Source: a virus (Duplodnaviria > Caudoviricetes). Taken from it: a stretch of DNA of 64,000 bases. Positions 56,001 to 64,000 of the stretch are shown piece after piece. The notes under the pieces are model-generated. The model saw only the letters and a list, made by a program, of their open reading frames with translations. It had not been told where the DNA came from and made no database searches. Every line of letters starts with the position of its first letter. Within the stretch, counting starts at the first letter, position 1. A program made the position numbers and the translations under genes. The DNA lies in IMG/VR virus record IMGVR_UViG_3300042892_000699, one strand, 5' to 3'.

Positions 56001-59000
56001 CGAAGCAATTGAACGATTAGATATCATTGTTAATATTATTAATAATGGTCCTAGTGTTGCTGAAGAACCATCACCGATCAGTTTAGATAGAAGCCCTAGC
56101 GAATATGTTCGTAATGCTGCTATCCTATTAAATGAAAACAGAGATTTTATCAAAGCTGAAGTAGTTGCGTATGTTAATACATTAAAGACACTAGTCTATG
56201 ATGAGACTAAGTGCAGAAGAGATATTGGCTACATGTTAGACAGCGTAGCCTATGATTTACTACATGGCGGAAACAAACAGAGTATTAAATCTGGTGTTTA
56301 CTATTTTGGTTACACTGGCGATACTACTGAAATTCCAGGAGAAATTCCCCAAACTACAGCGGCATATAATTTAATTAAATCATTGTTGCCGAGTATTATC
56401 AAAGCACAACCTGTGGTGTCAAAATATAGTGCTACTCTACAGGATATTACTACCTATTTGCCAGCAACGGATAATGAAGTGAGTATTTTAGGAGAGAAAA
56501 TTGATGTTATTACTAACATCATAAGAAACGGTCCTGGAACAGTTGCTGCAAGAATTCCTATCAACACTGAATTAAATCAGTCTAGCAACATTTACAATGC
56601 GTATAAGCAATTAGAAGCGAATAGAGAGTTTATCAAAGACGAAGTTATTGCTTACCTAAACACATTTGGAACATTTAACTATTCAAGAGAAAAGTGCTTC
56701 CGAGATGTAGGTATCATCTTAGAAAATATTTCTTATGATGCTGCATTTGGTGGAAATGAAAAAGCTGTACAAAGTGGCTTATCATATTACGAAGGTGTTG
56801 TCAGTTTAATTGCTGGACAAGAAGTGCAGACAGTTGCCGCAATTGACTACATCAATAATCTAGCACAGAAAGTTATTGTTAACGAAGTGTGTCCAGATTT
56901 GTACTCAACTGGCGTTTCAACCACTGCAACATATACACAAGTTATTAATACCGCAGTAACTGGTGGTGCAATTGCTGGCAGATCTTTATCTGACTTGTTT
57001 AATATTGTGACTACAATTATTAACAACGGCCCGTCTGCTGCACCTGAAATGTTTAAAGGTACAAATGCTGATGCAGCATTTGTCAGTGCAGAAACATTGA
57101 TGCAGGCCAACAGAGCATTCATTCAACAAGATACTATTAATTACATTAATAATCTAGTACTTAACTTTCCGTATAGTGAAATCAAGTGCAGAAGAGATAC
57201 TGGATTAATTATTGATTCAATGGCATTTGATATGTTGTATCAAACACCAGGGTATAGTCAGAGTACTTTTGCAGGATTACAATACTGGAATCAAGATCAG
57301 TACGTTGGTGATATTCAAGCACAACTAGCACCAACTGTTGATGCTGTAAGATATCTAAAAGAACTAGCAGTTAAAATTATTCAAAATATTACTCCTGCAG
57401 ACGATCTAGTAGTAAGATATCAATCAACTGTGACACAAGTTACCAGTTTAGAACCTGCAACGCTATTTGAAGCTAACATAATTGAAGGAAATTTTGATGT
57501 TATTCTTGACATTTTAGGAGGCAACAGTCTAGGTTGGACAGATAGAATTGTATCTAATTCAACTAAGATAGGCCTTCCTGCTTTCTTAAATGCATATGAT
57601 TTATTGCTAGCTAACAAAAATTATATGGCGCACGAAGTCACTGCCTACGTTGATGCAACTAATTTTGGATTCAACTACGATGCAAATAAGTGCAGACGTG
57701 ATGTTGGCCACATGGTAGATGCAGTAGCATTTGATTTAGTGCATACTGGAAATCGACAAAGCGTACAAACTGGTTTATACTACTATGGATTTGATAGTTC
57801 TACTATTACTATTCAAAATCAAGAAATTCAAACTACTGCGGCATTTGATTATCTAGCAGATATAGCCGAACTAGTTGTAACTAACCAACATGTTGATGCT
57901 TTACAAAATCGAGTAAATCAATTCCGTGGAGATACATCAGCTACAATGTTTGACGCAGGACTATTAAGAACTGCAATTTCTACAATTACAAACATTATAA
58001 CTAACGGTCCTCAGGTAACTGGACCAGTTACATCGGCATTTGCAATTGCAATGACTGCAACTAACACTGCATCTACATACGTTGCATTTGAATTACTGTA
58101 TGCAAACAAAGAGTTCTTAGTCGAAGAAGTTATTGCCTATATTGATAAAACTTATAATCCAAACAGTTTCAATTACAATGAAGCAAAGTGCTATCGCGAT
58201 ATTGGTTTGATTGTTGACGCAGTTAGCCAGGACGTACTGTTAGGCGGAAATGCTAAGAGTATTGAAGCTGGTTTAGCATACTGGACTTTTGGAGAAAATA
58301 GTCTTACTGGTCAAGAAACTACAACGACCATGGCGTTCAATTATGCAAGAGACTTGTCATTGCAAATTATTGCAAATCAACCAGTGACTCCTCAGACAGG
58401 AACTGTAATACAACAGATTATTAATCCGTTCTTCCAGTACGGCGCAGACTATATGCCACAGGAAGCAGTGCGTAGGAATTTTGATATCATTAGCACAATC
58501 GTTAATCGTGGCACATTATATGCTCCTCCAAAATACTTAGGAGGCGGCCTATTTGCACTAACAGGTATTAACGGATCGGATGTTCTAACAGCACCTATAG
58601 TAACATCAATTACTACAATTAGCGAAGGCAAATACTTAATCGGTCTAAACACTGCTACTATAGGATTTGGTACTAACGCTACTGTTTACTTTGGTGATGT
58701 ATTAACATTTCCGTTAAGAGACAACGAAGTCGACGAACTGAGTTTAGAATATACAGGAGATGCATCTACATGGAATCAACGTAAGATTGATAGAATCGGA
58801 GGAATGGGAGGAGCATTAATTGACGGTGGCGTAGTTAGTGATCGTAGTCCTATTCAATCGTTCGTATTTGATGCATATACGCAATTAACACAAGGCGGCC
58901 GAGGTGTTAGAATTACTAACAACGGATATGCACAGTTAGTTTCTGTGTTTACAGTTTTCTCAAGTGTAGGTGTTCAAGTAGATAACGGAGGCATTGCTTC

Positions 59001-61476
59001 TATTGTTAACAGTAACGCCAACTTTGGAGATATTTGTTTACTTGCCAAAGGCTACGGACCTCGTAAGTTCTCTGGACAGATATACAATCCATCATTTAGA
59101 GCGTACCCAGAAAGTCCTAATCTTCCAGGCAGCGACTATTTTGATCAATACTACCCTGAAGGATTTTGGCCAAACAATGCACAAATCGCAGTGTATCTAC
59201 CTGACCAAGATGATAGACCACATATTTCTTTAGTTATGGAAATAGTTCCTCCTGAAGGATATTTGAACGAACAAAACTTGCCAGGCTTCTTAAATGCAAG
59301 TCCGACAACATCGACATTGTCAACTGGTACTATTATTTTAGAAAATATTGATACTACAAATGTATTTGTTGGAAATACTGTAATTCTTAGAGACCAGTTC
59401 GGTAATACTACATCTACTGTTGTAGATAGTACAGGAAACTGGGTACCATATGCATCGTCAGGTACAATAGTTACTGATGTAGGATTTAATAGTATCACGC
59501 TAAGTAATGCGCTGGCCGCTGGTGGTGGAGAACTAGATAATCCTAACTTCTTTGACTTCTACTTCTGTGGAAATGCATATTACACTGTACTAACTAGTGA
59601 ACTTCTTGAAAATCCAGAATATAATGATAAGGCGGAGTTGATTCCTTTAGGTATTAACATATTGTCAACTGCAAGTACAGGCGGAGATACAAGTCAGATC
59701 CCTGCACACATTTCTGCAATGCAGTATTTGAACAGCTTAACAAATTTAGTAATTAATAATTCTCCTATTACGAGTTTACAAACTGGACCAAGCACGTCTA
59801 CTCAAACATTCTTGCCGTTGGTGCGCGGCGGCGGAGATGCCCAAACGTTCATTGATTTAAGATTTGGTGAAATTACAGACATCATTAATGCTCCTGATTT
59901 AGTAGCAGCTGAAAAAGTTATCAAACCAGCTCTAAGAACAAAAGAAGGTCCTACAGTCCAGGGCGGTGGTAGTGCTATAACATTAATTGCAGAAAATATC
60001 GAATTCTTAGCAGATGAGATTACTGCATATGTTACTGCAACATTTGCAACATCGACATTTACTTATGACGAAACACTGTGCCGTAGAGATGCAGGATACA
60101 TCTTAGATGGAGTTTATTACGATACTGCAATCGGTTCTAACTGGAATGCTGTTTATTCTGGCATAGCATACAGACGAAGTGTATCAACGGTTGTAACAGC
60201 AAGTCAGTTAACTCAAACTATCGGAGCAGTAGTGTTCTTAAGAGAACAGGCCGAATTATCTATGGCTACTAGTACCACTGCAACAACACGCAGTAATGCA
60301 GCGTTTGACGAGATTTTAAATATTTTAGAAGAAGGCGAAGGAGACGCAGACACAGTAGTGTATCCAACACCAACTGGTATGTCAGTGGGCAATGCTAAAT
60401 TACTGGCAAAGAATATATTGTTGGCCAACAAAGAGTTCATGAAGGCAGAAGTTATTGCATGGATTGAGCAACAGATATCAATTGGTTCTGGAATTTGGTC
60501 AGGGTTTACTTATAATTCTGCAACTTGTGCAAGAGATGTAGGATATATTGTAGACAGTCTAATATATGATATATTATATGACGGCACATGGGCAACTACA
60601 ATTTCTGCAAGATCTTACTTTGAAGGCACTACATCTGTTATCACAGGAGAGACTGCACAAACTGCCGCAGCATTTGATAGATTATCAACAGTTGCACAGC
60701 AAGTAGTTCGTGCCCAGACAGTTACTGTATCGACCGGCAACACCGTAATGCAAAATACAATATTGCCAGGAGCAACTGTAACTGAAGAAGGACGAGTTAA
60801 TACACTATTACAAATCATTGAAGATGTTATTACTTCGGGTGATATTGGAACGTTGCCTGCTCCAATATCACCAACAGTAGGTTGGGCAGATGCTGGAGTC
60901 CAATCAGCAATAAATCAGCTAAACACTGATCAGCTTCAAATTATTGATGCAATGATTGTATACATTGACGATGAATTCGTTGGGTCGTTTAACTTCGATA
61001 GTGCTCAATGTCAGAGAGATGTTAAAACTATTCTTCAACGATTAATTTATGACATCGAAACTGGCGGCCGATACAACGCAGTCATGTGCGGATTAGCGTA
61101 CTGGAATCGTGCAGGAACATATCATAGAGTATCGTTGGGCGAAAACGTCACAAGAACTGATTTGTTCCCACACAACTCTACAGTTAATTTCTATCAACGC
61201 AGTTACATTAGTGCATCAGGATACGTATTTGAATACGTAGGTGCAGGTATTGACTACGGAGCATTGCCACAACGCGGCAAGGCAGATCCTATACAGGCAA
61301 GAGAAACAGTACAGCTTGACAGCGGTAAAGTATTCTTTACATCAACTGACCAGAACGGTGACTTCCGTATCGGTCCAGGACTAGTAATTAGTCAAGCAAC
61401 CGGTGTTCTAAGTGGTAGAACATTTACTAGATCGTTATTCGCCAATATGACCCCGTTCATATTAGCTATCAGTTAA
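53056..61476 (+). CDS. Giant (2806 aa) structural protein with beta-helix-like segments and 11 C-x-R-D helical repeats
   Basis: AATAAATA (53031-53038) and GAGGA RBS upstream. LYV..DGND.NDG beta-helix entry motif. Repeated Y...KC.RD.G...D modules. Confidence 0.75.
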   Translation: MAISTNVLNLPGNYIIRAVNGTVTIDTIRTRVTQVLQVDGDTFLNSDTTIGNSSSDTIDTVGRFINDLIPQSSYTVNIGTSTNIWNSAHVGRFVQYGTGSAYLNIINNTENVWNPYTDFGPAGRPYDPGNIYGTEEQRRQGAVYVAGGVGIEKDLNVGGFIYGRVETAVTTTFVTFTATNADIEFNIGFVLQDTPEDYQSPTYIDLEGIVDGLTYNPSLGRIRTDRALIAEGDQSTSTTTGALIVQGGVGIAKNAYVGGILTATDVMPKENETGQIGSTDTQWAEAYIQDIFTRVIASTTGTVQINPAAGVTEIIGDIRVRGQNPVGTAPVVTNTLYVTMDGNDTNDGRAMDPSRACRTITGAVNSPYFQPGTQILVSAGFYLEDNPVRMKPYTSIRGSDIRTTFIEPINKTQDLFHVDSGCYINYCTFLNGRSGLLQGPYEDQYNRGAYATAFPPQEGDNRIDIYHSPYIQNCTNQSGPWLGDGTMFVPNQTVQVPASVGIGSWLANTSSIIVDISQGSVERGMYVNAGQQNPGFFDARTLILANKPFIQEQVIAYVDKTFNTGTFIYDQVKCARDTGLIVDSISQDMLADSTSESIFAGLQYWRQTEYVDAINSQITATIATIEFVRNLAANTATSAASATEGAVVTSRFNNILEILNTSTATLVTGAFSEWVTDKIISNGTATNSVGYNAAFDAILAAKNSITEQAINNLNSTLIAFTYDSAKCARDTGLIVDSVAQDILFNGTSQSTFAGLQYWNQSGYVSGIGSQLTTTTNAIEYVKELAAKVVVGNTSGTRYQTSIAQNTSLSTATSAESTLLNDDFDVILNILDVGTVGVSDDIVPNGLVPSTNTNVLKAYNLLQANKTYIQTEVIAFVEATKTVGFEYDQDKCFRDTGYMLDSVAFDMLYGGNKQAIQSGVYYYGFDAGSSAIEGQSPQTIAAYEYIKQLAPNIIRGIAISTSTLYQSAEQQVLGLSGTPIEANEAIERLDIIVNIINNGPSVAEEPSPISLDRSPSEYVRNAAILLNENRDFIKAEVVAYVNTLKTLVYDETKCRRDIGYMLDSVAYDLLHGGNKQSIKSGVYYFGYTGDTTEIPGEIPQTTAAYNLIKSLLPSIIKAQPVVSKYSATLQDITTYLPATDNEVSILGEKIDVITNIIRNGPGTVAARIPINTELNQSSNIYNAYKQLEANREFIKDEVIAYLNTFGTFNYSREKCFRDVGIILENISYDAAFGGNEKAVQSGLSYYEGVVSLIAGQEVQTVAAIDYINNLAQKVIVNEVCPDLYSTGVSTTATYTQVINTAVTGGAIAGRSLSDLFNIVTTIINNGPSAAPEMFKGTNADAAFVSAETLMQANRAFIQQDTINYINNLVLNFPYSEIKCRRDTGLIIDSMAFDMLYQTPGYSQSTFAGLQYWNQDQYVGDIQAQLAPTVDAVRYLKELAVKIIQNITPADDLVVRYQSTVTQVTSLEPATLFEANIIEGNFDVILDILGGNSLGWTDRIVSNSTKIGLPAFLNAYDLLLANKNYMAHEVTAYVDATNFGFNYDANKCRRDVGHMVDAVAFDLVHTGNRQSVQTGLYYYGFDSSTITIQNQEIQTTAAFDYLADIAELVVTNQHVDALQNRVNQFRGDTSATMFDAGLLRTAISTITNIITNGPQVTGPVTSAFAIAMTATNTASTYVAFELLYANKEFLVEEVIAYIDKTYNPNSFNYNEAKCYRDIGLIVDAVSQDVLLGGNAKSIEAGLAYWTFGENSLTGQETTTTMAFNYARDLSLQIIANQPVTPQTGTVIQQIINPFFQYGADYMPQEAVRRNFDIISTIVNRGTLYAPPKYLGGGLFALTGINGSDVLTAPIVTSITTISEGKYLIGLNTATIGFGTNATVYFGDVLTFPLRDNEVDELSLEYTGDASTWNQRKIDRIGGMGGALIDGGVVSDRSPIQSFVFDAYTQLTQGGRGVRITNNGYAQLVSVFTVFSSVGVQVDNGGIASIVNSNANFGDICLLAKGYGPRKFSGQIYNPSFRAYPESPNLPGSDYFDQYYPEGFWPNNAQIAVYLPDQDDRPHISLVMEIVPPEGYLNEQNLPGFLNASPTTSTLSTGTIILENIDTTNVFVGNTVILRDQFGNTTSTVVDSTGNWVPYASSGTIVTDVGFNSITLSNALAAGGGELDNPNFFDFYFCGNAYYTVLTSELLENPEYNDKAELIPLGINILSTASTGGDTSQIPAHISAMQYLNSLTNLVINNSPITSLQTGPSTSTQTFLPLVRGGGDAQTFIDLRFGEITDIINAPDLVAAEKVIKPALRTKEGPTVQGGGSAITLIAENIEFLADEITAYVTATFATSTFTYDETLCRRDAGYILDGVYYDTAIGSNWNAVYSGIAYRRSVSTVVTASQLTQTIGAVVFLREQAELSMATSTTATTRSNAAFDEILNILEEGEGDADTVVYPTPTGMSVGNAKLLAKNILLANKEFMKAEVIAWIEQQISIGSGIWSGFTYNSATCARDVGYIVDSLIYDILYDGTWATTISARSYFEGTTSVITGETAQTAAAFDRLSTVAQQVVRAQTVTVSTGNTVMQNTILPGATVTEEGRVNTLLQIIEDVITSGDIGTLPAPISPTVGWADAGVQSAINQLNTDQLQIIDAMIVYIDDEFVGSFNFDSAQCQRDVKTILQRLIYDIETGGRYNAVMCGLAYWNRAGTYHRVSLGENVTRTDLFPHNSTVNFYQRSYISASGYVFEYVGAGIDYGALPQRGKADPIQARETVQLDSGKVFFTSTDQNGDFRIGPGLVISQATGVLSGRTFTRSLFANMTPFILAIS

Positions 61477-61488
61477 CAAGGAAATATC

Positions 61489-61920
61489 ATGGCTTTAATT
61501 CCATTAAACAAATTTTTAACAAAAACAAGAGCACTTAATACTGCAACAACAGTAGGAAATACTTTTGTTATGACAACAGGCACAACGTCAACTGTGTATA
61601 CAGCTCCAATCGGAGTTACTTCTATTCTACTAATGGCTCAAGTTTCTAATGTAAGTACACAAACGCAAGACATTAGTTTTATACATCATAGGAATAGACC
61701 AGTGCTGTCTGATGCTCAAGGCAATGGAGCACAACCAGGAAACGTTGATACTTATTTGGTTAAAAACTTTTCTATTCCAGCAGGAGATGCAGCATCTATC
61801 TTAACTGGCAAATTGATTGTTGAAAGTCTAGACAGTGTCCGCGCATTTGTACACTCAAATGGTTCAAATTCAGGAACATGCCAATTAGTACTAAGTGTAT
61901 TAGAAACAGCAAATAACTAA
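61489..61920 (+). CDS. Hypothetical structural protein
   Basis: 143 aa, AAGGA RBS, same operon. Confidence 0.7.
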   Translation: MALIPLNKFLTKTRALNTATTVGNTFVMTTGTTSTVYTAPIGVTSILLMAQVSNVSTQTQDISFIHHRNRPVLSDAQGNGAQPGNVDTYLVKNFSIPAGDAASILTGKLIVESLDSVRAFVHSNGSNSGTCQLVLSVLETANN

Positions 61921-61932
61921 TTAGAGATCAAT

Positions 61933-63888
61933 ATGCCTAACCTATTAAGTGGATCAAGATTACGAAGCGGTGGCAGCGGCGACTTCTTGAAGCTAGAAGA
62001 CGCCATGCCCCAACTTCCCGCAACGGACACGACCTTAACTGGTTTTACTATTGCAACAGATCCAGTTTTAAGAACTTCTTACAGATCTAGTTTAGGTTTT
62101 GTTGAGTTCTCAACGGCATCTATGTATAGTGCATTGCCCGAAGGAACTATTAGAGTTCTGTCAACTGGTGCAACATTCTTATCAACAACTACTCAAACAG
62201 GTAATCTTGTTGTGCAAGGTGGTATTGGCGTCGGCGGCAATATGACCATTGAATATGATATCGAAGTTAACGGTATTACTATTGGCAGAGGGTGGGAAGG
62301 ACAAAATAATATTATTATGCGTGGAGTAGCAGAGACTCCACTTAATGATTTTAACAACGGTCAATCTAGTATTGCAATAGGCGATAGTTCTTTGTTAGGA
62401 CTAGATACTGCAAATAGAGTCATTGCAATCGGACGATATGCACTTACATCAGGTACTAGTGTGTCTGATTCTATTGCAATTGGTGACAACGCATTAAAGG
62501 CAATTGGTTCAGTTGATTCGCATTTTGCAGGAATTATTGTAAGTGCATCTATTGCTAATCCTGTAGTACTCGAAGTTACAGGACACGGGTTAACAACAGG
62601 TACACAGGTAGTAATCGACGACGCTACCGGAATGCTTGATCTAAATGATTCTTACTACTGGATCAACGTATTAACTACTAACACATTTGCACTGTATACT
62701 GACAATATTCTTGCTCAGCCATTAGATGGAAATTTATTCTCTCCTTACGCAGGTGGTGGCAGAGTTGGTAGAACATTATATAGATCAAACAATATTGGAA
62801 TTGGTTCTAGAGCAGCAGAAAAATTAATTGATGGCCAAAAGAATTTCTTCTTTGGTGATTTAATTGCAAAGAATTTAACAACTGGTTCTAGTAACATAAT
62901 CATCGGCAGTGATGTTGCAGGTAATATGACAGAAGCTAGTGGTGTTATTTCTATAGGTAGCGACAATTTAGTTGACGGTAGAAACAATCAAGTTGCAATC
63001 GGTAGCGTATTTTACTATGACGGAACAGGAACTTCTACAATAAATGCCAATACAGAAATTGGCATTGGCATGCAATCAACTGGCACAAATACTGGAGGAT
63101 TGCGAGTTATCGGTGGAGCCGGAATTCAACGTAATTTGCACGTTGGTGAAGAATTGCATGTAACTAGCAGCACTTTCTTTACTGGAGATGTTCTTCCTAC
63201 CACTACAACTACAAACTTAGGTAGCGCATCTCAGCCATTCAATGCCCTGTATCTGCAAGGAACAACATTATATCTAAGCACTGTAACATTGAAGTCTGCA
63301 AATAGCTTAGACTTTAAAGTAGAGAGTACAGCAGGATTTGTTAGACAGACTGTTGGTAACTTAACACTTAACTCTGGACTAGCATCTACTGGAATTAACG
63401 ACGGATCTCTAGTTGTTACAGGTGGCGCAGCAGTTCAGGGAGATATGAATGTAGGCGGGTCATTTACTGTAGAAGGTGTTGAAGATATTACATTAAGTCC
63501 TAACGGAGCTGACATATACATTCAACCAACTGCTGGCGGCACAGTGTTAATTCAGCCTGCCGCAGCAGGTACAATGGATAATGTTGCAATTGGTGGATCG
63601 CAAGCTGCTGACGGAACATTTCTTACTCTCAGAGCTAACGCAACAACTGTATCTACTTCAACTACAACTGGTGCATTAACTGTGGCAGGCGGTGTTGGTA
63701 TACGTGGAGATGTATATGCTAATAGTGGAAATCCGGATGAAAATTATATGTTGTATACTCCGAGATCTACTATTTCAGCTACGCCACCTACCGGTGCAAG
63801 AGTGGGCGACTTCTGGATTAATCCAACTGGCCCGTATTTCCTACAATATGTAAAAGACGGCGCAAACAAAATTTGGGTACAAATATAA
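61933..63888 (+). CDS. Tail fibre-like protein
   Basis: N.AIG..AL-type adhesin repeats and repeated TGAL.V.GG.GI motifs also seen in ORF 53056. Confidence 0.65.
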   Translation: MPNLLSGSRLRSGGSGDFLKLEDAMPQLPATDTTLTGFTIATDPVLRTSYRSSLGFVEFSTASMYSALPEGTIRVLSTGATFLSTTTQTGNLVVQGGIGVGGNMTIEYDIEVNGITIGRGWEGQNNIIMRGVAETPLNDFNNGQSSIAIGDSSLLGLDTANRVIAIGRYALTSGTSVSDSIAIGDNALKAIGSVDSHFAGIIVSASIANPVVLEVTGHGLTTGTQVVIDDATGMLDLNDSYYWINVLTTNTFALYTDNILAQPLDGNLFSPYAGGGRVGRTLYRSNNIGIGSRAAEKLIDGQKNFFFGDLIAKNLTTGSSNIIIGSDVAGNMTEASGVISIGSDNLVDGRNNQVAIGSVFYYDGTGTSTINANTEIGIGMQSTGTNTGGLRVIGGAGIQRNLHVGEELHVTSSTFFTGDVLPTTTTTNLGSASQPFNALYLQGTTLYLSTVTLKSANSLDFKVESTAGFVRQTVGNLTLNSGLASTGINDGSLVVTGGAAVQGDMNVGGSFTVEGVEDITLSPNGADIYIQPTAGGTVLIQPAAAGTMDNVAIGGSQAADGTFLTLRANATTVSTSTTTGALTVAGGVGIRGDVYANSGNPDENYMLYTPRSTISATPPTGARVGDFWINPTGPYFLQYVKDGANKIWVQI

Positions 63889-63897
63889 AGAGTAATT

Positions 63898-64000
63898 ATG
63901 TCAACATTAAATTTTCCAACTAACCCGGCACCGGGCGATCGATATACTATAGGAATAACCACATACGAGTGGAATGGAGATGCATGGATTATTGTTAATT
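63898..64000 (+). CDS. 5' part of a further fibre/structural gene (runs off the window)
   Basis: MSTLNFPTNPAPGDRYTIGITTYEWNGDAW... Confidence 0.65.
   Translation, partial: MSTLNFPTNPAPGDRYTIGITTYEWNGDAWIIVN

Noticed and set aside
441-63962. Numerous short ORFs overlapping the major genes (e.g. 17643-17984, 45097-45585, 49976-50374)
   Set aside because: They are antisense or alternate-frame shadows of well-supported genes and lack recognisable motifs.
1-64000. Stop-codon reassignment: none of the ~42 called gene ends uses TAG
   Set aside because: Very long ORFs (4732 and 2806 aa) are intact under the standard code with no in-frame TAG, so there is no evidence of recoding. TAG scarcity is expected in AT-rich phages.
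1-64000. tRNA, rRNA, integrase, transposase or reverse transcriptase genes
   Set aside because: No cloverleaf or characteristic motifs were recognised by eye. tRNAscan-SE would be needed for certainty.

Overview
This AT-rich window is a segment of a large T4-like (contractile-tailed, probably jumbo) dsDNA phage genome. 1-3965 (+): end of a probable AAA ATPase, a HExxH-metallopeptidase/VWA protein, three hypotheticals, DHFR and thymidylate synthase. 3962-36113 (-): a late tail/baseplate block with three paralogous fibre-like proteins, a subtilisin S8 protease, a collagen-like protein, a 4732-aa baseplate protein, gp6-, gp25- and gp5-like genes (the last with a GH19-type lytic domain) and hub/LysM-like/tube-like genes. 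36223-41178 (+): gp55-like late sigma factor, gp47/gp46 (Mre11/Rad50-like), two Hc1-like basic proteins, a minimal GIY-YIG nuclease and a small His/Cys protein. 41179-41640 is the only long non-coding stretch and is densely base-paired. It is followed by gp26-like and tape-measure-like genes, the head module (portal, acidic core, gp21, gp22, gp23) and large structural/fibre genes running off the end. The best novelty candidate is the ~460-nt structured element (probable large ncRNA or structured DNA site) directly downstream of the stand-alone GIY-YIG nuclease and the His/Cys ORF. Protein calls come from motif recognition by eye, not database searches.
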